A DNA stretch of 64,000 bases, from assembly GCA_963833425.1 (NCBI GenBank), contig CAWHXP010000015.1, forward strand, positions 1-64,000. The letters run 5' to 3'. This DNA comes from an uncultured Methanosarcinaceae archaeon (GTDB taxonomy: Archaea; Halobacteriota; Methanosarcinia; Methanosarcinales; Methanosarcinaceae). The notes below the pieces were generated by a model, which saw nothing but the letters and a program-made list of their open reading frames with translations, was not told the origin of the DNA and did no database searches. Each line of letters opens with the position of its first letter. Position 1 is the first letter of the stretch. The position numbers and the translations under genes are program-made. Positions 44,845-55,887 of this stretch are shown here, in pieces.

Positions 44845-45154
44845 AACGACACCCCTCGTCACAATTTTTATCCATCTCAGAAGCCTTCAATCTCAGATAC
44901 GCCATTAAACAAAGATCTTCATTGGTACCGGGATTAGGCATGGTCAGTAGCTTGTCGCCGGTAAAAATAGAATTGGCTCCCTTGATCAGAAACTCCACAG
45001 CTGTTAGGGTCTTTCTTAAACCTGCATTTCCATATACAAGTGTGATACGACCCTTTGGCAGGACATCATCAGTGATGTCATCAAAACCAGTAATACCAAT
45101 TGGATATTTTTCCAGATGTTTTTCTTTTAAAGTTGGGCTCTTTTGTTTAGTCAT
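44825..45154 (-). pseudogene. In-frame chimera: KaiC-like ATPase N-terminus fused to biotin synthase (BioB) C-terminus
   Basis: LEKYPIGITGFDDITDDVLPKGRITLVYGNAGLRKTLTAVEFLIKGA (KaiC-like, degenerate Walker A) runs directly into GANSIFTGDKLLTMPNPGTNED (BioB C-terminal motif). Confidence 0.85.
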
Positions 45155-45979
45155 CAAATACACCTTTTTAAATCTAGTAAGAAGCAGTAGTTTAAATAAG
45201 TATAAATTATCCAATTTATTTTGATCTCTTTAGCCCTTATTTTAGATCTTAATTAATATATTTGTTCTAATATTTTAAAAATATATATTTTTTGAACTGA
45301 TTATCGGAATACTCAATCAAGTCAATCCTTAACAGAAGCGACAATCAAAAGCGTTAATCTGTCCTTGACTCAGTAGTGAGTACCAATAACACTACAGATA
45401 AATCGATCTATTAGAGCTGTAAGAAGCCAGGATAAGAAAGCAGTAACATCGGATCAATGTCAAATATGACCAAATAGACATCAAAAATAACAATGAACTC
45501 CAACAGGCCAAAATAGACGATCTGAAAAATCAGATCCAAGCACTCTACTGCCATATAACATTAAGGACGAGAGATAGAAAAGCTAAATAAGAATATGCAC
45601 AAACCGCGTATTCAAAGTTCAATCCAGAAAAATAGCAGGCTAAATATTAAGCCGCTTGCGGATAATGTAGAAAAAAGTAATGTCAAGAGGATAGTATTTA
45701 GTGCCCTTCCCAGCTTTGATATATGTATAAGCATGTATAAAATCTAGATAATCGTTAATATAATCTGGAGTAAATTCCTTTAATTCTTTGTCTCCACAAC
45801 ATTCTATGAATGGTATAAGAGTGGTTCCCAAAGTTGCGATTGTTACTTCTATCAGTCCATCTCTCGGCACTTATTTAAATAATTTTTTAAAATTTTTGAA
45901 TTACTCATACTAACCTTAAAAGAATTAAATTCTAGATAAACAATATAGGTTTTTATGTTAGTTTACAATTGACTGAAGG

Positions 45980-46093
45980 AGTTTATATTTTCCTTTAAAG
46001 CAAAATCAGTAAAATATTTCATGAGTAAAAATTGATTTTAAGAGATTTAAACTCCCCAATTCTCAAATGCATGCAGATTTATAGAAATTCTCT
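45980..46093 (-). mobile_element. IS5 left-end remnant directly after the pscS stop
   Basis: Reverse complement AGAGAATTTCTATAAATC...ATGAAATATTTTACTGATTTTGCTTTAAAG (MKYFTDFALK). Confidence 0.75.
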
Positions 46094-46095
46094 AA

Positions 46096-47484
46096 TTATT
46101 TGCTGTCATTAAAATGAGATTTCCTATTCACCTGAATTTTATATTTCTCAGCGACTTCCTGGAAAATATCTACCATATAGTGAACTTTTTCCCAGGAAAG
46201 GCCGTATGTATTCAATTTCCACATGCGTGTAGCCCCCGCAAATTCTCCGACGATTCCCTTGCTTGAGAGTTCGTCTGAAAGGAAAAAACCTTTGCGCTTA
46301 TGGCCATGTGCCACGATATCGAAGTTACCACTTGTATCTATTTTTGAGAGTGTATGCTTGCGTGGGTACTCCGATGAAACCCTACTTCCTTCTATGGCAA
46401 GTAAACCATCAATCAGATAGTTTGACTTTTTCACCTCATCTCCCCAATTATGTACTCTCTTTCTTACAGTAGGAAAAGAAGCCATCATACCCATTAATGT
46501 CGAACCCATTAGTGTACAGCCGAGCATCTCAACTTCTTTGACGCCAAACTTACGTAGAGTAACATCCCCCACCATCTGAGTTGTACGAAATACCTTTGGA
46601 GCCCATTCATTGGTTGTTGCCAGCACTCCCGAAGGTGCGGGCGATGCCATGCTTTTGTGGCCGGAGCCTACGACAAAATCCGCGCCAATTTCCTTTCCAT
46701 TCACTGGCATGACACCAACAGTGTATGCACCATTATATAGGAAAGGAATATCATACTGATGTGCAACTTTTGCTATGTCTTTTACATCATGTTCGTTGGC
46801 ATACTGGTAATCAAAGTGGTCAATTATCACCAGTACAGGCAATTTACCTGTTTCCAGTTTGACTGCCTCAATTTTCTCGGCAGTGAGATCTGCAGTTACA
46901 ATATTGTGCTCGTTTACAGGCACTTCCTTAACTATCCCTCCGGCCTCTTCAACTGCCAAAAACTCTGTATAGTGGGCTAAAGCTGAAACTATGACAGAAT
47001 CATTTTTATTGACAATAGTAGATGCCACTGCCTGAAAACCGCGCCTTGCTCCAGGAACTACACGCGCAACATCCATGTTAAGGAAGCTAGCGAGTTGTTC
47101 ATGGAACGGGCCAATTGGCGGAGTTCTGATTGTGTCTAACCTAAAGGGCTTGCTGCAGGCATCACAGACAGAATATCCATCACCATATGCTATGAGTGCT
47201 TTTCGTGCTTCTGGGGTAAGCCTTCCAGCTGCCTGAATTGGCTGTATGTTGATGTACATTTCTTCTCTGGATCTAATGTTAATATTACCAGCTATCTTTC
47301 TAACTTGCGGAGTTCCAGTACTGTTTTCGATATCATCCAAAATTTTTCTTACCTTGTTTACACCTTCCTTAATAGAGTTTTCTTCTTCCGGACTAGTGAC
47401 ATTTGGAAGTGATTGTCTAAAGATCTCTCGAACATCTTCAAGTGCAAAAAGAGCCTCAAAAGTCTTTTGAATTCTTATATCCAT
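46096..47484 (-). CDS. pscS: O-phosphoseryl-tRNA:Cys-tRNA synthase (SepCysS), long form with ~70-aa N-terminal extension
   Basis: INIQPIQAAGRLT, YGDGYSVCDAC, AHYT, NGAYTVG, GSGHKSMA (PLP Lys), MLGCT. Confidence 0.93.
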   Translation of the reverse strand: MDIRIQKTFEALFALEDVREIFRQSLPNVTSPEEENSIKEGVNKVRKILDDIENSTGTPQVRKIAGNINIRSREEMYINIQPIQAAGRLTPEARKALIAYGDGYSVCDACSKPFRLDTIRTPPIGPFHEQLASFLNMDVARVVPGARRGFQAVASTIVNKNDSVIVSALAHYTEFLAVEEAGGIVKEVPVNEHNIVTADLTAEKIEAVKLETGKLPVLVIIDHFDYQYANEHDVKDIAKVAHQYDIPFLYNGAYTVGVMPVNGKEIGADFVVGSGHKSMASPAPSGVLATTNEWAPKVFRTTQMVGDVTLRKFGVKEVEMLGCTLMGSTLMGMMASFPTVRKRVHNWGDEVKKSNYLIDGLLAIEGSRVSSEYPRKHTLSKIDTSGNFDIVAHGHKRKGFFLSDELSSKGIVGEFAGATRMWKLNTYGLSWEKVHYMVDIFQEVAEKYKIQVNRKSHFNDSK

Positions 47485-48124
47485 GGAATTACCTCAAAGC
47501 TTAGACACGGAACAGAACCTAAGTGAAATGGGTATGCAGTTCATCGAGTAGTTTTTCCACCATCTAAGCATTCATCTCTACATTCCTATAATTTTGAGTC
47601 ATTTTATTCTGCAAAATACACAATTTTAGCATCTATTTGCCGATTTGTTCAATGTATATCAATGAACATGGAGTTAGTTTTTAGCTATTGACATATCGAG
47701 AAAAAGCTGGCATTTGTGTACTTGTGCAGGAAGTGAGTTTTAGGATTGATTTTGTATCTACTTATCTATGACTGACCTTTATATCCGTGAATCAGATCAC
47801 TATACTCAGTGATTTAAGTCTATACAAAGTGAGCGAGTTATACTAGGTGATTGAAATCATATTTTAATTGGTAACGCATAATTCACATTAGTGATCTTAG
47901 GATTTGCTATTGAAGCTTACTTATATTTGAACCTTCTTTTTAGAATAAATATCGCCTCAAAGATTTTATTTGTATCCGTAAAAAAATTTTCAATCTCCAA
48001 AATGGAATAGAACAATGTGAAATGGATGTGCTGTCCATTGCGTAGCTTCTCTGCCACCTCAAAAATAATTTTTGTTCATAATTGTGAACAGAGATCACAT
48101 AATGATTATGCCAGCTTATATACA

Positions 48125-48346
48125 CATTTTGAAACTATTTTGTAAAAATATATCGATTCAAAAATGATAAGAAAAGGTTTCAATAAATTAAAGAATTAAT
48201 CTCAACAAGTTAGTCTCAACTGGCTGGAGAAGACTGCATTCTTCTTAAAGAGCAAAATAAGTAAGAGTTTATCATGAGTAAAAACTATTACTAAGAGATT
48301 TAAACTCATCAATACTCAAATGCATAGGAGCTTATCGAAATTCTCT
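48125..48346 (-). mobile_element. IS5 5' remnant
   Basis: Reverse complement starts AGAGAATTTCGATAAGCTCC and continues with decayed transposase N-terminal codons. Confidence 0.7.
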
Positions 48347-49142
48347 TTAATCAAAAATTAATATATCAGAACTTACACACTTGAAGTATATAACCAAGTA
48401 GAATATTCATTATGGTCAAATAAATTATTTAAATAGTTGAAGATTTAATGCTATTGACTATACCTAAATGCATAAATCCTATACTTAGCAGCTATCGTAA
48501 TTATTATTCTTTATCTATAACTAAAAAAGTAAAAGCTCAATAATAAAAAAAACATTTTCTGAATAAAAAACACATATCATGAAAAATTCTGAAATTTTAA
48601 AGCAGTGTAGCGAATTTGCTAAAATTCAAAGTTAAATTTCTGCATATTTTATGTTAGTAGATTCTTCCGATGTGCATTTTCCGTTCTAATAATTTTCTGA
48701 AATTTGTTATTCTAAGCAAAATTGGCACATGAGATTTTTTTTATATATATCTATGGAGATCTTAAAAAATAACCATTAATTTCACTAATAATTGAATGCA
48801 ATCAATCAAAAAACAGAAAAGAATAGAAAATCTAAAAATTCAGTACATCCTCAAATTCGAGAAAAAAATTTCCTAACAGAAAAATATGCAACAATTTATA
48901 GCACGGTAACGAATCTAACGCGTTTTCGGATTAATTTTTTCAAAAAGTGAATAAATTTTTAAATATTCAGCAAAATCTAAAATTTACTTCTTTCGTACAA
49001 TTTGACGAAGATACGGAGATTTCACATACATAAATGGGGTAATAATATAATCAAAAAGGATATAATAACCATAATAAATCCGAGAGATACACTCTAAATT
49101 AAAAAAAATCAAAAATAAAAATATTTCCCCAATTAAGGTGAT

Positions 49143-50426
49143 ATTATCGTTCCCATAATTCAGGTTGCACTTGACCTCCTGGAATTGGACCGCTCGATAG
49201 AGATTGCAAGAGATGCGGTCGCAGGTGGTGTGGATTGGATCGAAATAGGAACACCCCTGATAAAAAGCGAGGGAATGAACGCAATTCGCAAGATGAGAAA
49301 AGCTTTTCCTGATCTAACGATCCTGGCGGATATGAAAACCATAGATGCAGGAGCCATGGAAATCGAGATGGCAGCAAAAGCAGGGGCAGATGTAGTTATT
49401 GTACTAGGAAGTGCTGATGACTCTACAGTACTCGATGCACTACGTTCAGCTCACAAATATGGGGTCAGGTTAATGGCAGATCTTATTTCGGTCCTTGATC
49501 CAGTGAAAAGAGCTGTAGAACTTGAAGCTATGGGAATAGACTACGTAAATGTGCACATAGGTATAGACCAACAGATGATAGGAAAAAACCCTGTATCGAT
49601 CCTCAAGAAAATTTCAGAAAAAGTTAGAGTACAGCTTGCAGTTGCTGGAGGGCTCGATGCAGAAAGTGCTGCCCAAGCAGTTAAGACCGGAGCCAGTATT
49701 GTAATTGTCGGAGGAAATATCACCCATTCTGAAAACGTTACAGAAGCTGCCAGAAAAATTCGGCAGAGTGTGAACTCCCCTGAAGCTGTGGTTATTCGGG
49801 GTACAAGAACAGTAGATCAGGAAATCAGAAAAATCCTTCGAGAAGTATCAACCTCAAATATTTCGGATGCTATGCACAGAAAAGGAGCAATGAAAGACAT
49901 TCATCCTGTGGTGAGAGGGAAGATGGTAGGAACTGCAGTTACAGTGCAGGTTTTTGCTGGGGATTGGGCGAAGACTGTGGAAGCAATTGATATTGCCAAA
50001 GAAGGGGATGTAATCGTTATCTACAACGAGAGTAAAGACATCGCCTGCTGGGGAGGACTCGCAACCCTGAGCAGCCTGAATAAAAGAATCTCCGGCGTGG
50101 TAATAGAAGGTGCTGTGAGAGATATTGATGAAATAGAGGGTATGAAGCTTCCGATTTACACAAGTAATACGGTACCTAATGCTGGAGATCCCAAAGGTTT
50201 TGGTGAAATCAACGCCGAAATTACTTGCGGAGGTCAGACAGTAAAGCCAGGAGACTTCATAGTTGGCGATGAGAGTGGAGTTGTGGTAATTCCAAAGGAG
50301 AGAGCTTACGAACTGGCAAGAAGAGCAAAAGAAGTCAATAAAACTGAAAAGAGACTTTTTGATGAGATTCGGAGAGGAGGCACTCTGTCTGAAATTTTGA
50401 AAATCAAAAAATGGGAAAAACTTTGA
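49143..50426 (+). CDS. hxlA: Bifunctional 3-hexulose-6-phosphate synthase / RraA-like domain protein
   Basis: [35 protein letters not shown]; RraA-like [29 protein letters not shown]. The start appears to be ATT or ATC at 49143/49146. Confidence 0.92.
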   Translation: MIVPIIQVALDLLELDRSIEIARDAVAGGVDWIEIGTPLIKSEGMNAIRKMRKAFPDLTILADMKTIDAGAMEIEMAAKAGADVVIVLGSADDSTVLDALRSAHKYGVRLMADLISVLDPVKRAVELEAMGIDYVNVHIGIDQQMIGKNPVSILKKISEKVRVQLAVAGGLDAESAAQAVKTGASIVIVGGNITHSENVTEAARKIRQSVNSPEAVVIRGTRTVDQEIRKILREVSTSNISDAMHRKGAMKDIHPVVRGKMVGTAVTVQVFAGDWAKTVEAIDIAKEGDVIVIYNESKDIACWGGLATLSSLNKRISGVVIEGAVRDIDEIEGMKLPIYTSNTVPNAGDPKGFGEINAEITCGGQTVKPGDFIVGDESGVVVIPKERAYELARRAKEVNKTEKRLFDEIRRGGTLSEILKIKKWEKL

Positions 50427-50638
50427 ATCAATATTTCCGGATATTGAAATCGAAATTAAACCGAATTCCATAAATGCACACAGATACAGAATTTGCTTGC
50501 CTATTTTCTCAACTACTATTCATAGAAAGATAGATTAATTTTTAAGCTCAGTCTGAGAAGATATATGTTATTCTTGTGTAGATATACGAAAGATGAGATT
50601 AAAAGAAATTTAGGATTATTTAAATAAAGGAACTTTAT

Positions 50639-53296
50639 TCACGGTCTTAAGATTGAGTAGCAGATTTTGGACAGAAGAAGAGCTCTGATAAACTTAAATT
50701 CTTCTTCCTGGCATTTTTCACCTATATTAGTTCGAATCATCGAATCCAGTTCAGTTTCTAACATTTCAAGTACAGCTTTAATCTGTCTTTGCCTTTCAGG
50801 AGGCAAAAGTCCCCCCATATCCCTGACCTTTCCTGTAAGGATAAGATGTTCAAATTGCCTGAAAACAGCTTCTATACTCATGCCCTGAACTTCAGCAATT
50901 CGATTGATCTCCAGGCCATGAATAAAAAGGAAATAAGTCCTTTGCAAAGAATCTTTTTCAAGAATGTTTGTTTCAAACTGCTCCGTCTTATAAGATTCCT
51001 CTCCAATAGATCTTATATCCAAATATCTTGCTTTTTTTGCTGGAAATCTGAAAACCTCTGAGTTTTTCATTTTATCAGATTCAAGAATAGGTACTTTAAT
51101 TCCAGATACCTCTATTTCATCTTCCAGTTCAGAGTTTTCATTCTTTTGAACTATGTTTTTTGTGATTACCCTCCCATTGTCAGAATTTGTATCTTCAGCT
51201 TCTGAACTTTCTACCTTTCCTACAGATACCAAACCATAGTCCTTACAGTAATGTTCAATTTCCGTGAGAAAAATATCCCCATATTTCCGCAGTTTATGGT
51301 CTCCAACTCCTGTAATGGAATGAAACTCTTCAGAGCTGTGCGGAAATTTTGTAGCCATTTCCTTAAGGGTTGTATCGGAGAAAATAATATAAGGTGGAAG
51401 ATTTTTCTTTAGAGCTATTTCCTTTCTCAGGGCTTTTAACCGCTCAAAAAGGATCGCATCATGCTCTTTTCCGGATTTTAAGACTGTCTTAACTTTGGAT
51501 GCATTCAGGATATCAGCAGCTACTGAAAGTTCTTCTGTCAAACATCCTTCTGTTGAGGACTCTTCTTCCGAATACTTCTCTGTTGGAAACTCTCCTGTTG
51601 GAAGTCCTTCTATCTGGAACTGTATGCCATTTTTTACTTTATTACTCTTTGTGACTCCCATTGAAAAAATTAGGCTACCTTCAGAATTTGCCACAAAACC
51701 TTCCGGGCAGATAAGTTCTATTCGCTCTAAGCCTTTCAGAATTCTTCTGCTCATAGAATTCAGTTTCAAAACAGGATATTGCGCTCCACTCACTTCAAGA
51801 AGACCTGTACCTGTAATTTCGGAAACTAATGATCTCCATTGTTCTTTTGTGAATTCCCGGCCACTGCCATGACTTTTCAACTTCTCATGGCGATTTTGCC
51901 TAATTTTTTTATTTTTTGAACCTAAAAGGATGTCAATAACATAGGTAGCGCCAAAGCGTTGATTCAGTTCCTGAACACAGGTCATTAGTTTCCTAGCGGT
52001 TTCAGTTCCTTCGAAGGTACCTTTTGGACTGAGGCAAGAGTCACAATTTCCGCAGAATTGTGGGAGTTCCTCACCAAAGTATTTCATTAGTTTCTGACGC
52101 CTACATTTATTCCCCTCGCAATAAGCTACCATCTCCCTTAATTGCACAAGAGAGAGATCCTTTTCATGTTCATTTGTTTTCTGAGAAATAAAGTAGTCAA
52201 ACTTGAAGCGATCCCCCCTACTGAAAAAAAGGATGCACTCACAAACTCCCCCATCCCTTCCCCCCCTTCCGGTTTCCTGGTAGTAACTTTCAAGATTTCG
52301 TGGGAGATCATAATGTATCACAAAACGCACGTTGGACTTATCTATTCCCATCCCAAAAGCAATTGTTGCAACTATTATATCCACGTCGTCCTTTATGAAC
52401 AATTCCTGATTTTTAGCCCGTTCGGTATCTGAAAGGCCCGCATGGTAGGGTAGAACTCTAAAACCTGCAAGATTTAACTTTTTTGTAAGGGCTTCGACTT
52501 TGTTTCTGCTTTGACAATAGATAATACCAGCTTCATCGCTATGCCTGCGTAGGTAATCAATAATCTCAGAAAAGGTCTCTTTCTTTGGTCTGACCTCATA
52601 GTAGAGATTTTTACGATTAAAACTGGCCAAATATGGACCTTTTTCCGGAGATATCGACAGACTTAGCTGTGATACGATATCCTTTCGAACCCTTTCAGTA
52701 GCAGTAGCCGTAAGTGCGATAATTGGTATATCAGGAAAGCCTGTATTTGGATCTCTTAAAAGTTTAAGGTTTCCGTACTCAGGCCGAAAATCATGTCCCC
52801 ACTCAGAAATACAATGTGCCTCGTCGATTGCAAAGAGGCTTACTTTTCCTTTTTTTAAAAAAGCAAAAGTTCCGGGCATCATGAGCCTTTCTGGAGCAAC
52901 ATAAAGAATTTTCAACCTGTTTTCAAGAAAAGCTGTTCTCACATCACTGGATTCTCTGGGACTCTGGGTGCTGTTCAAAAGAGCTGCATTAATTCCATTT
53001 GTATCTAGGCCGTCCACCTGGTCTTTCATGAGGGAAATTAGAGGAGAAACCACGACTGCAACACCTTTCATCAGAAGAGCGGGCAACTGATAGCATATAG
53101 ATTTCCCCCCTCCCGTAGGCATTATCACAAAAACATCTTTCTTCTCCAGAACATCCCTGATAATTTCTTCCTGTAAAGGCCGAAAAGAAGTGTAGCCAAA
53201 ATACTGGTGTAGAGCGGAATGCATTATGTCTGATATAGAAGTCTTTGACTCAAGTTCATCTTTACTCGAACTTAAGAGATCATAATCAGTACTCGT
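50639..53296 (-). CDS. recQ: ATP-dependent DNA helicase RecQ (helicase, RQC, HRDC)
   Basis: MPTGGGKS, DEAHCISEWGHDFRPEY, ATIAFGMGID, YYQETGRGGRDG, HRDC LPPYIIFSD. Probable ACG start at 53296; first ATG at 53224. Confidence 0.95.
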   Translation of the reverse strand, partial: TSTDYDLLSSSKDELESKTSISDIMHSALHQYFGYTSFRPLQEEIIRDVLEKKDVFVIMPTGGGKSICYQLPALLMKGVAVVVSPLISLMKDQVDGLDTNGINAALLNSTQSPRESSDVRTAFLENRLKILYVAPERLMMPGTFAFLKKGKVSLFAIDEAHCISEWGHDFRPEYGNLKLLRDPNTGFPDIPIIALTATATERVRKDIVSQLSLSISPEKGPYLASFNRKNLYYEVRPKKETFSEIIDYLRRHSDEAGIIYCQSRNKVEALTKKLNLAGFRVLPYHAGLSDTERAKNQELFIKDDVDIIVATIAFGMGIDKSNVRFVIHYDLPRNLESYYQETGRGGRDGGVCECILFFSRGDRFKFDYFISQKTNEHEKDLSLVQLREMVAYCEGNKCRRQKLMKYFGEELPQFCGNCDSCLSPKGTFEGTETARKLMTCVQELNQRFGATYVIDILLGSKNKKIRQNRHEKLKSHGSGREFTKEQWRSLVSEITGTGLLEVSGAQYPVLKLNSMSRRILKGLERIELICPEGFVANSEGSLIFSMGVTKSNKVKNGIQFQIEGLPTGEFPTEKYSEEESSTEGCLTEELSVAADILNASKVKTVLKSGKEHDAILFERLKALRKEIALKKNLPPYIIFSDTTLKEMATKFPHSSEEFHSITGVGDHKLRKYGDIFLTEIEHYCKDYGLVSVGKVESSEAEDTNSDNGRVITKNIVQKNENSELEDEIEVSGIKVPILESDKMKNSEVFRFPAKKARYLDIRSIGEESYKTEQFETNILEKDSLQRTYFLFIHGLEINRIAEVQGMSIEAVFRQFEHLILTGKVRDMGGLLPPERQRQIKAVLEMLETELDSMIRTNIGEKCQEEEFKFIRALLLSKICYSILRP

Positions 53297-53904
53297 TTTC
53301 TAATCCTCCTGGTCTGCAGAGTATTGCTATTACGCTAGAATAGAAAATCTCGAAAAAATATAATGAAATTAAATATGTGTATATGCTTTCATACAAAATA
53401 TTGTTCCCAATTCTGTGTTTTATATTGATTATAATATTTAATAATATATACTTGGGTTTGGAATCAGCAACTGTTGGTGTTTCAAGCTTATCATATTTAA
53501 GTTACATATGTGCGTAATGAAAGTATTTAGTAGTAAGCTCTCGATACATTATCCTCGATACTTCTTGGTATAGCAGGACTTAGAAAAAAGTAGAATCTTT
53601 AAAGACATTTTTTGTAATCTATTCTTTTTTCTACTTAAATATCCTTGGATCATAATTCTCAAAAAATCTATAATCTTCAATTTGAGAGACCTCCCTTACT
53701 TGAGATAATTTATTAATTAGTACAGCCTTTTTTATGAAAAAAGAATTTGATTGAGGATAATCAAAAAAAACCTACGTAGAGCTGGATTAAGTTGTCTTGA
53801 GATCAAAAGAAAAAAAGGATTATCATCATATAAGCCAGTAAAATTAAGTAAAACAAAATTCATCTAGGTATTCGGGGATATAATCTGCCAATATTATTTT
53901 TTAA

Positions 53905-54758
53905 GGTTCCGTTGCAAAAATTTCGAAATAAGCATGTAAATCTATAAGTGATTAATAAAAATCAAAATATTCAAGGAAAATGTACTAACATTATAAAACT
54001 ATATCAAACAATTGATTAATGTATTTGACTTCATTAAGAACAGAGTAATTTAGATCATTTACTTGTCCTTTTTTGATCATATTTATAGCTTCAATTCCTT
54101 TTAAAGTCTTATTAGCAGATCGAAAAGACTGAAATCCTAACATTGGATTAACGATTCTCTTTATAGATCTGTGATCTTGTTCTATAATGTTATTCAAATA
54201 CTTGACTTGTCTAATGCCTACTTTTTTAGACAATTTCTTTTCATTTTTCAGTTAATCTCTAGCAGGTGGATAAGCTGGATTCTTATCAACGGTTATTAAT
54301 CTTGGAATTTGATTATGATTAAAACTTAAAGCTTTCTTAAAGAATCTCTTCGCTGCTTTTCTATTTCGTTTTGAACTTAACATGAAATCAATTGTATCTC
54401 CATTTGAGTCAACTGCTCGATAAAAATAGTCCCATTTACCTTTTACTTTGATATAGGTTTCATCAACTCTCCACGAATAGTTTGTTAGCCTTAAATGTCT
54501 TCTTATCTTCTTTTCTATTTCAGGTGAATATTGATGTACCGATCTCATGATTGTCGTATGGTAGACTTTTACTCCCCTTTCTATCATCATTTCCTTTAAA
54601 TTTCTATAGCTTAATGGATATTTTAAGTACCATCTTACATTTAATAGGATAATTTCCCCTTCATAATGCTTCCATTTAAAGGAATTAGATAGCAGTTACT
54701 ATCTTTGATTTTCTTTTTATTCTATTTATCATTAGAAAGGATTTTTTGCAACGGAACT
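53905..54758 (-). mobile_element. Full-length IS6 with the same in-frame TAA and a lost start codon
   Basis: Both IRs present; PPARD-TAA at 54252-54254. Confidence 0.92.
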
Positions 54759-54790
54759 CTAAAACTGTGCATCAACGAGACACTAAATAC

Positions 54791-54939
54791 GGTTCCGTTG
54801 CAAAAAATCTGCCTATTTTACAAAACCAGTGAAAAACATCACAAGTGGGATTTTTATATGCCATAAACATGTCAAGAATTATACAAAAAGCAATAGTTAT
54901 AGCCTAAAAAGGTAGTAAAATTATTTTTGCAACAGAACC
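54791..54939. mobile_element. 149-bp IS6-type MITE
   Basis: GGTTCCGTTGCAAAAAA ... TTTTTGCAACAGAACC; homologous to 19382-19530. Confidence 0.88.
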
Positions 54940-55120
54940 AAAAAAAGATACTGGCTATTTTGCTGGTAGTTCTTTTCGTATTATCAGTAACTTCATCAAT
55001 AGTTAGTGCTGTACCACTTCACAATTGTGGTGTTGACTGCTTTCACCGTGGCTATCGCGCTGGGGGCACGGCCACTGAGACGACTATTATGGCTGGGGCA
55101 ACCGCCATTAGTACCCCTTA
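54940..55120 (+). pseudogene. Broken member of the secreted Gly/His/Tyr/Trp-rich family; start removed by the MITE
   Basis: KKILAILLVVLFVLSVTSSIVSA-VPLHNCGVDCFHRGYR, then after a shift WGHGH*DDYYGWGNRH*. Confidence 0.65.
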
Positions 55121-55174
55121 CAGGATACAACTTGGATGTAAATACGGCACAGTATTTCTCTACACAGAAGAAGA

Positions 55175-55783
55175 TCACGTCCATGAGTTTGTTTTAGTTT
55201 CATAATTAAAAGAAGGCAGATTTTGGTCAGATGTCCGACAATATTTTATAATTTCTAATGCAAGTTTGAAACAATCTAGTTTTGAATAATCAGTCCCAAG
55301 TACTGCACCACTGTGTTTCAAATTATCTTCTAAGTCCATTGCACACTTTGTAAGCTCACGGTTTATTTTAATATAATCACAAATCTCTTCATCTGAGATT
55401 CCAGTTATAGAGACATCATAGTCAAATTTATCATTAGGTAATTCTCTACCCAAAGCGTGATGAAGGAGATGGTCTACAAGATTTTTTATTCTATGTGCAA
55501 TTTTTATTCTCTGTGCAAACTGAATTGAACCTTCTAAGGCTGAAATAACAGTAATTATAGCAATAACATCAAGACTCCCTTCACGAAAAGAGATTACTTT
55601 TGACATAATTTGTATACCTAATTCCTTTTTTGCGTAATCAGGTAATTCATGCTCAATTACTATCCTTACAATTCTAACAAGTTCCCAATCCAGCTCTTTA
55701 TTTTTATTAGAAAAATTTTTTTTATCATCGTCAATGCGATTAATTTTGATATCTAATTTTATCCGATTATAATTCCAACTCAT
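55175..55783 (-). CDS. Hypothetical protein (202 aa) between inverted IS6 copies
   Basis: Long ORF in AT-rich DNA with GGTGA upstream of the ATG; no family recognised. Confidence 0.55.
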   Translation of the reverse strand: MSWNYNRIKLDIKINRIDDDKKNFSNKNKELDWELVRIVRIVIEHELPDYAKKELGIQIMSKVISFREGSLDVIAIITVISALEGSIQFAQRIKIAHRIKNLVDHLLHHALGRELPNDKFDYDVSITGISDEEICDYIKINRELTKCAMDLEDNLKHSGAVLGTDYSKLDCFKLALEIIKYCRTSDQNLPSFNYETKTNSWT

Positions 55784-55887
55784 TTTGTAATCACCACTTT
55801 ATTTTAGTTATTTCCTAGAGCTGTTAATATTAATTTTGATTTAGTTTTTTATTATTCAGTGATTTAAGCAAAATCGTTCTGCAAACA

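Noticed and set aside
45300..45870. Possible integrase remnants beside the bio block, including ORF 45640-45870
   Set aside because: No catalytic tyrosine-recombinase residues can be seen; too decayed to call.
54927..55205. 92-aa ORF MQQNQKKILAILL as an intact gene
   Set aside because: Its TTG start lies inside the MITE inverted repeat, and its tail is out of frame with the Gly/His-rich sequence. Treated as a pseudogene.
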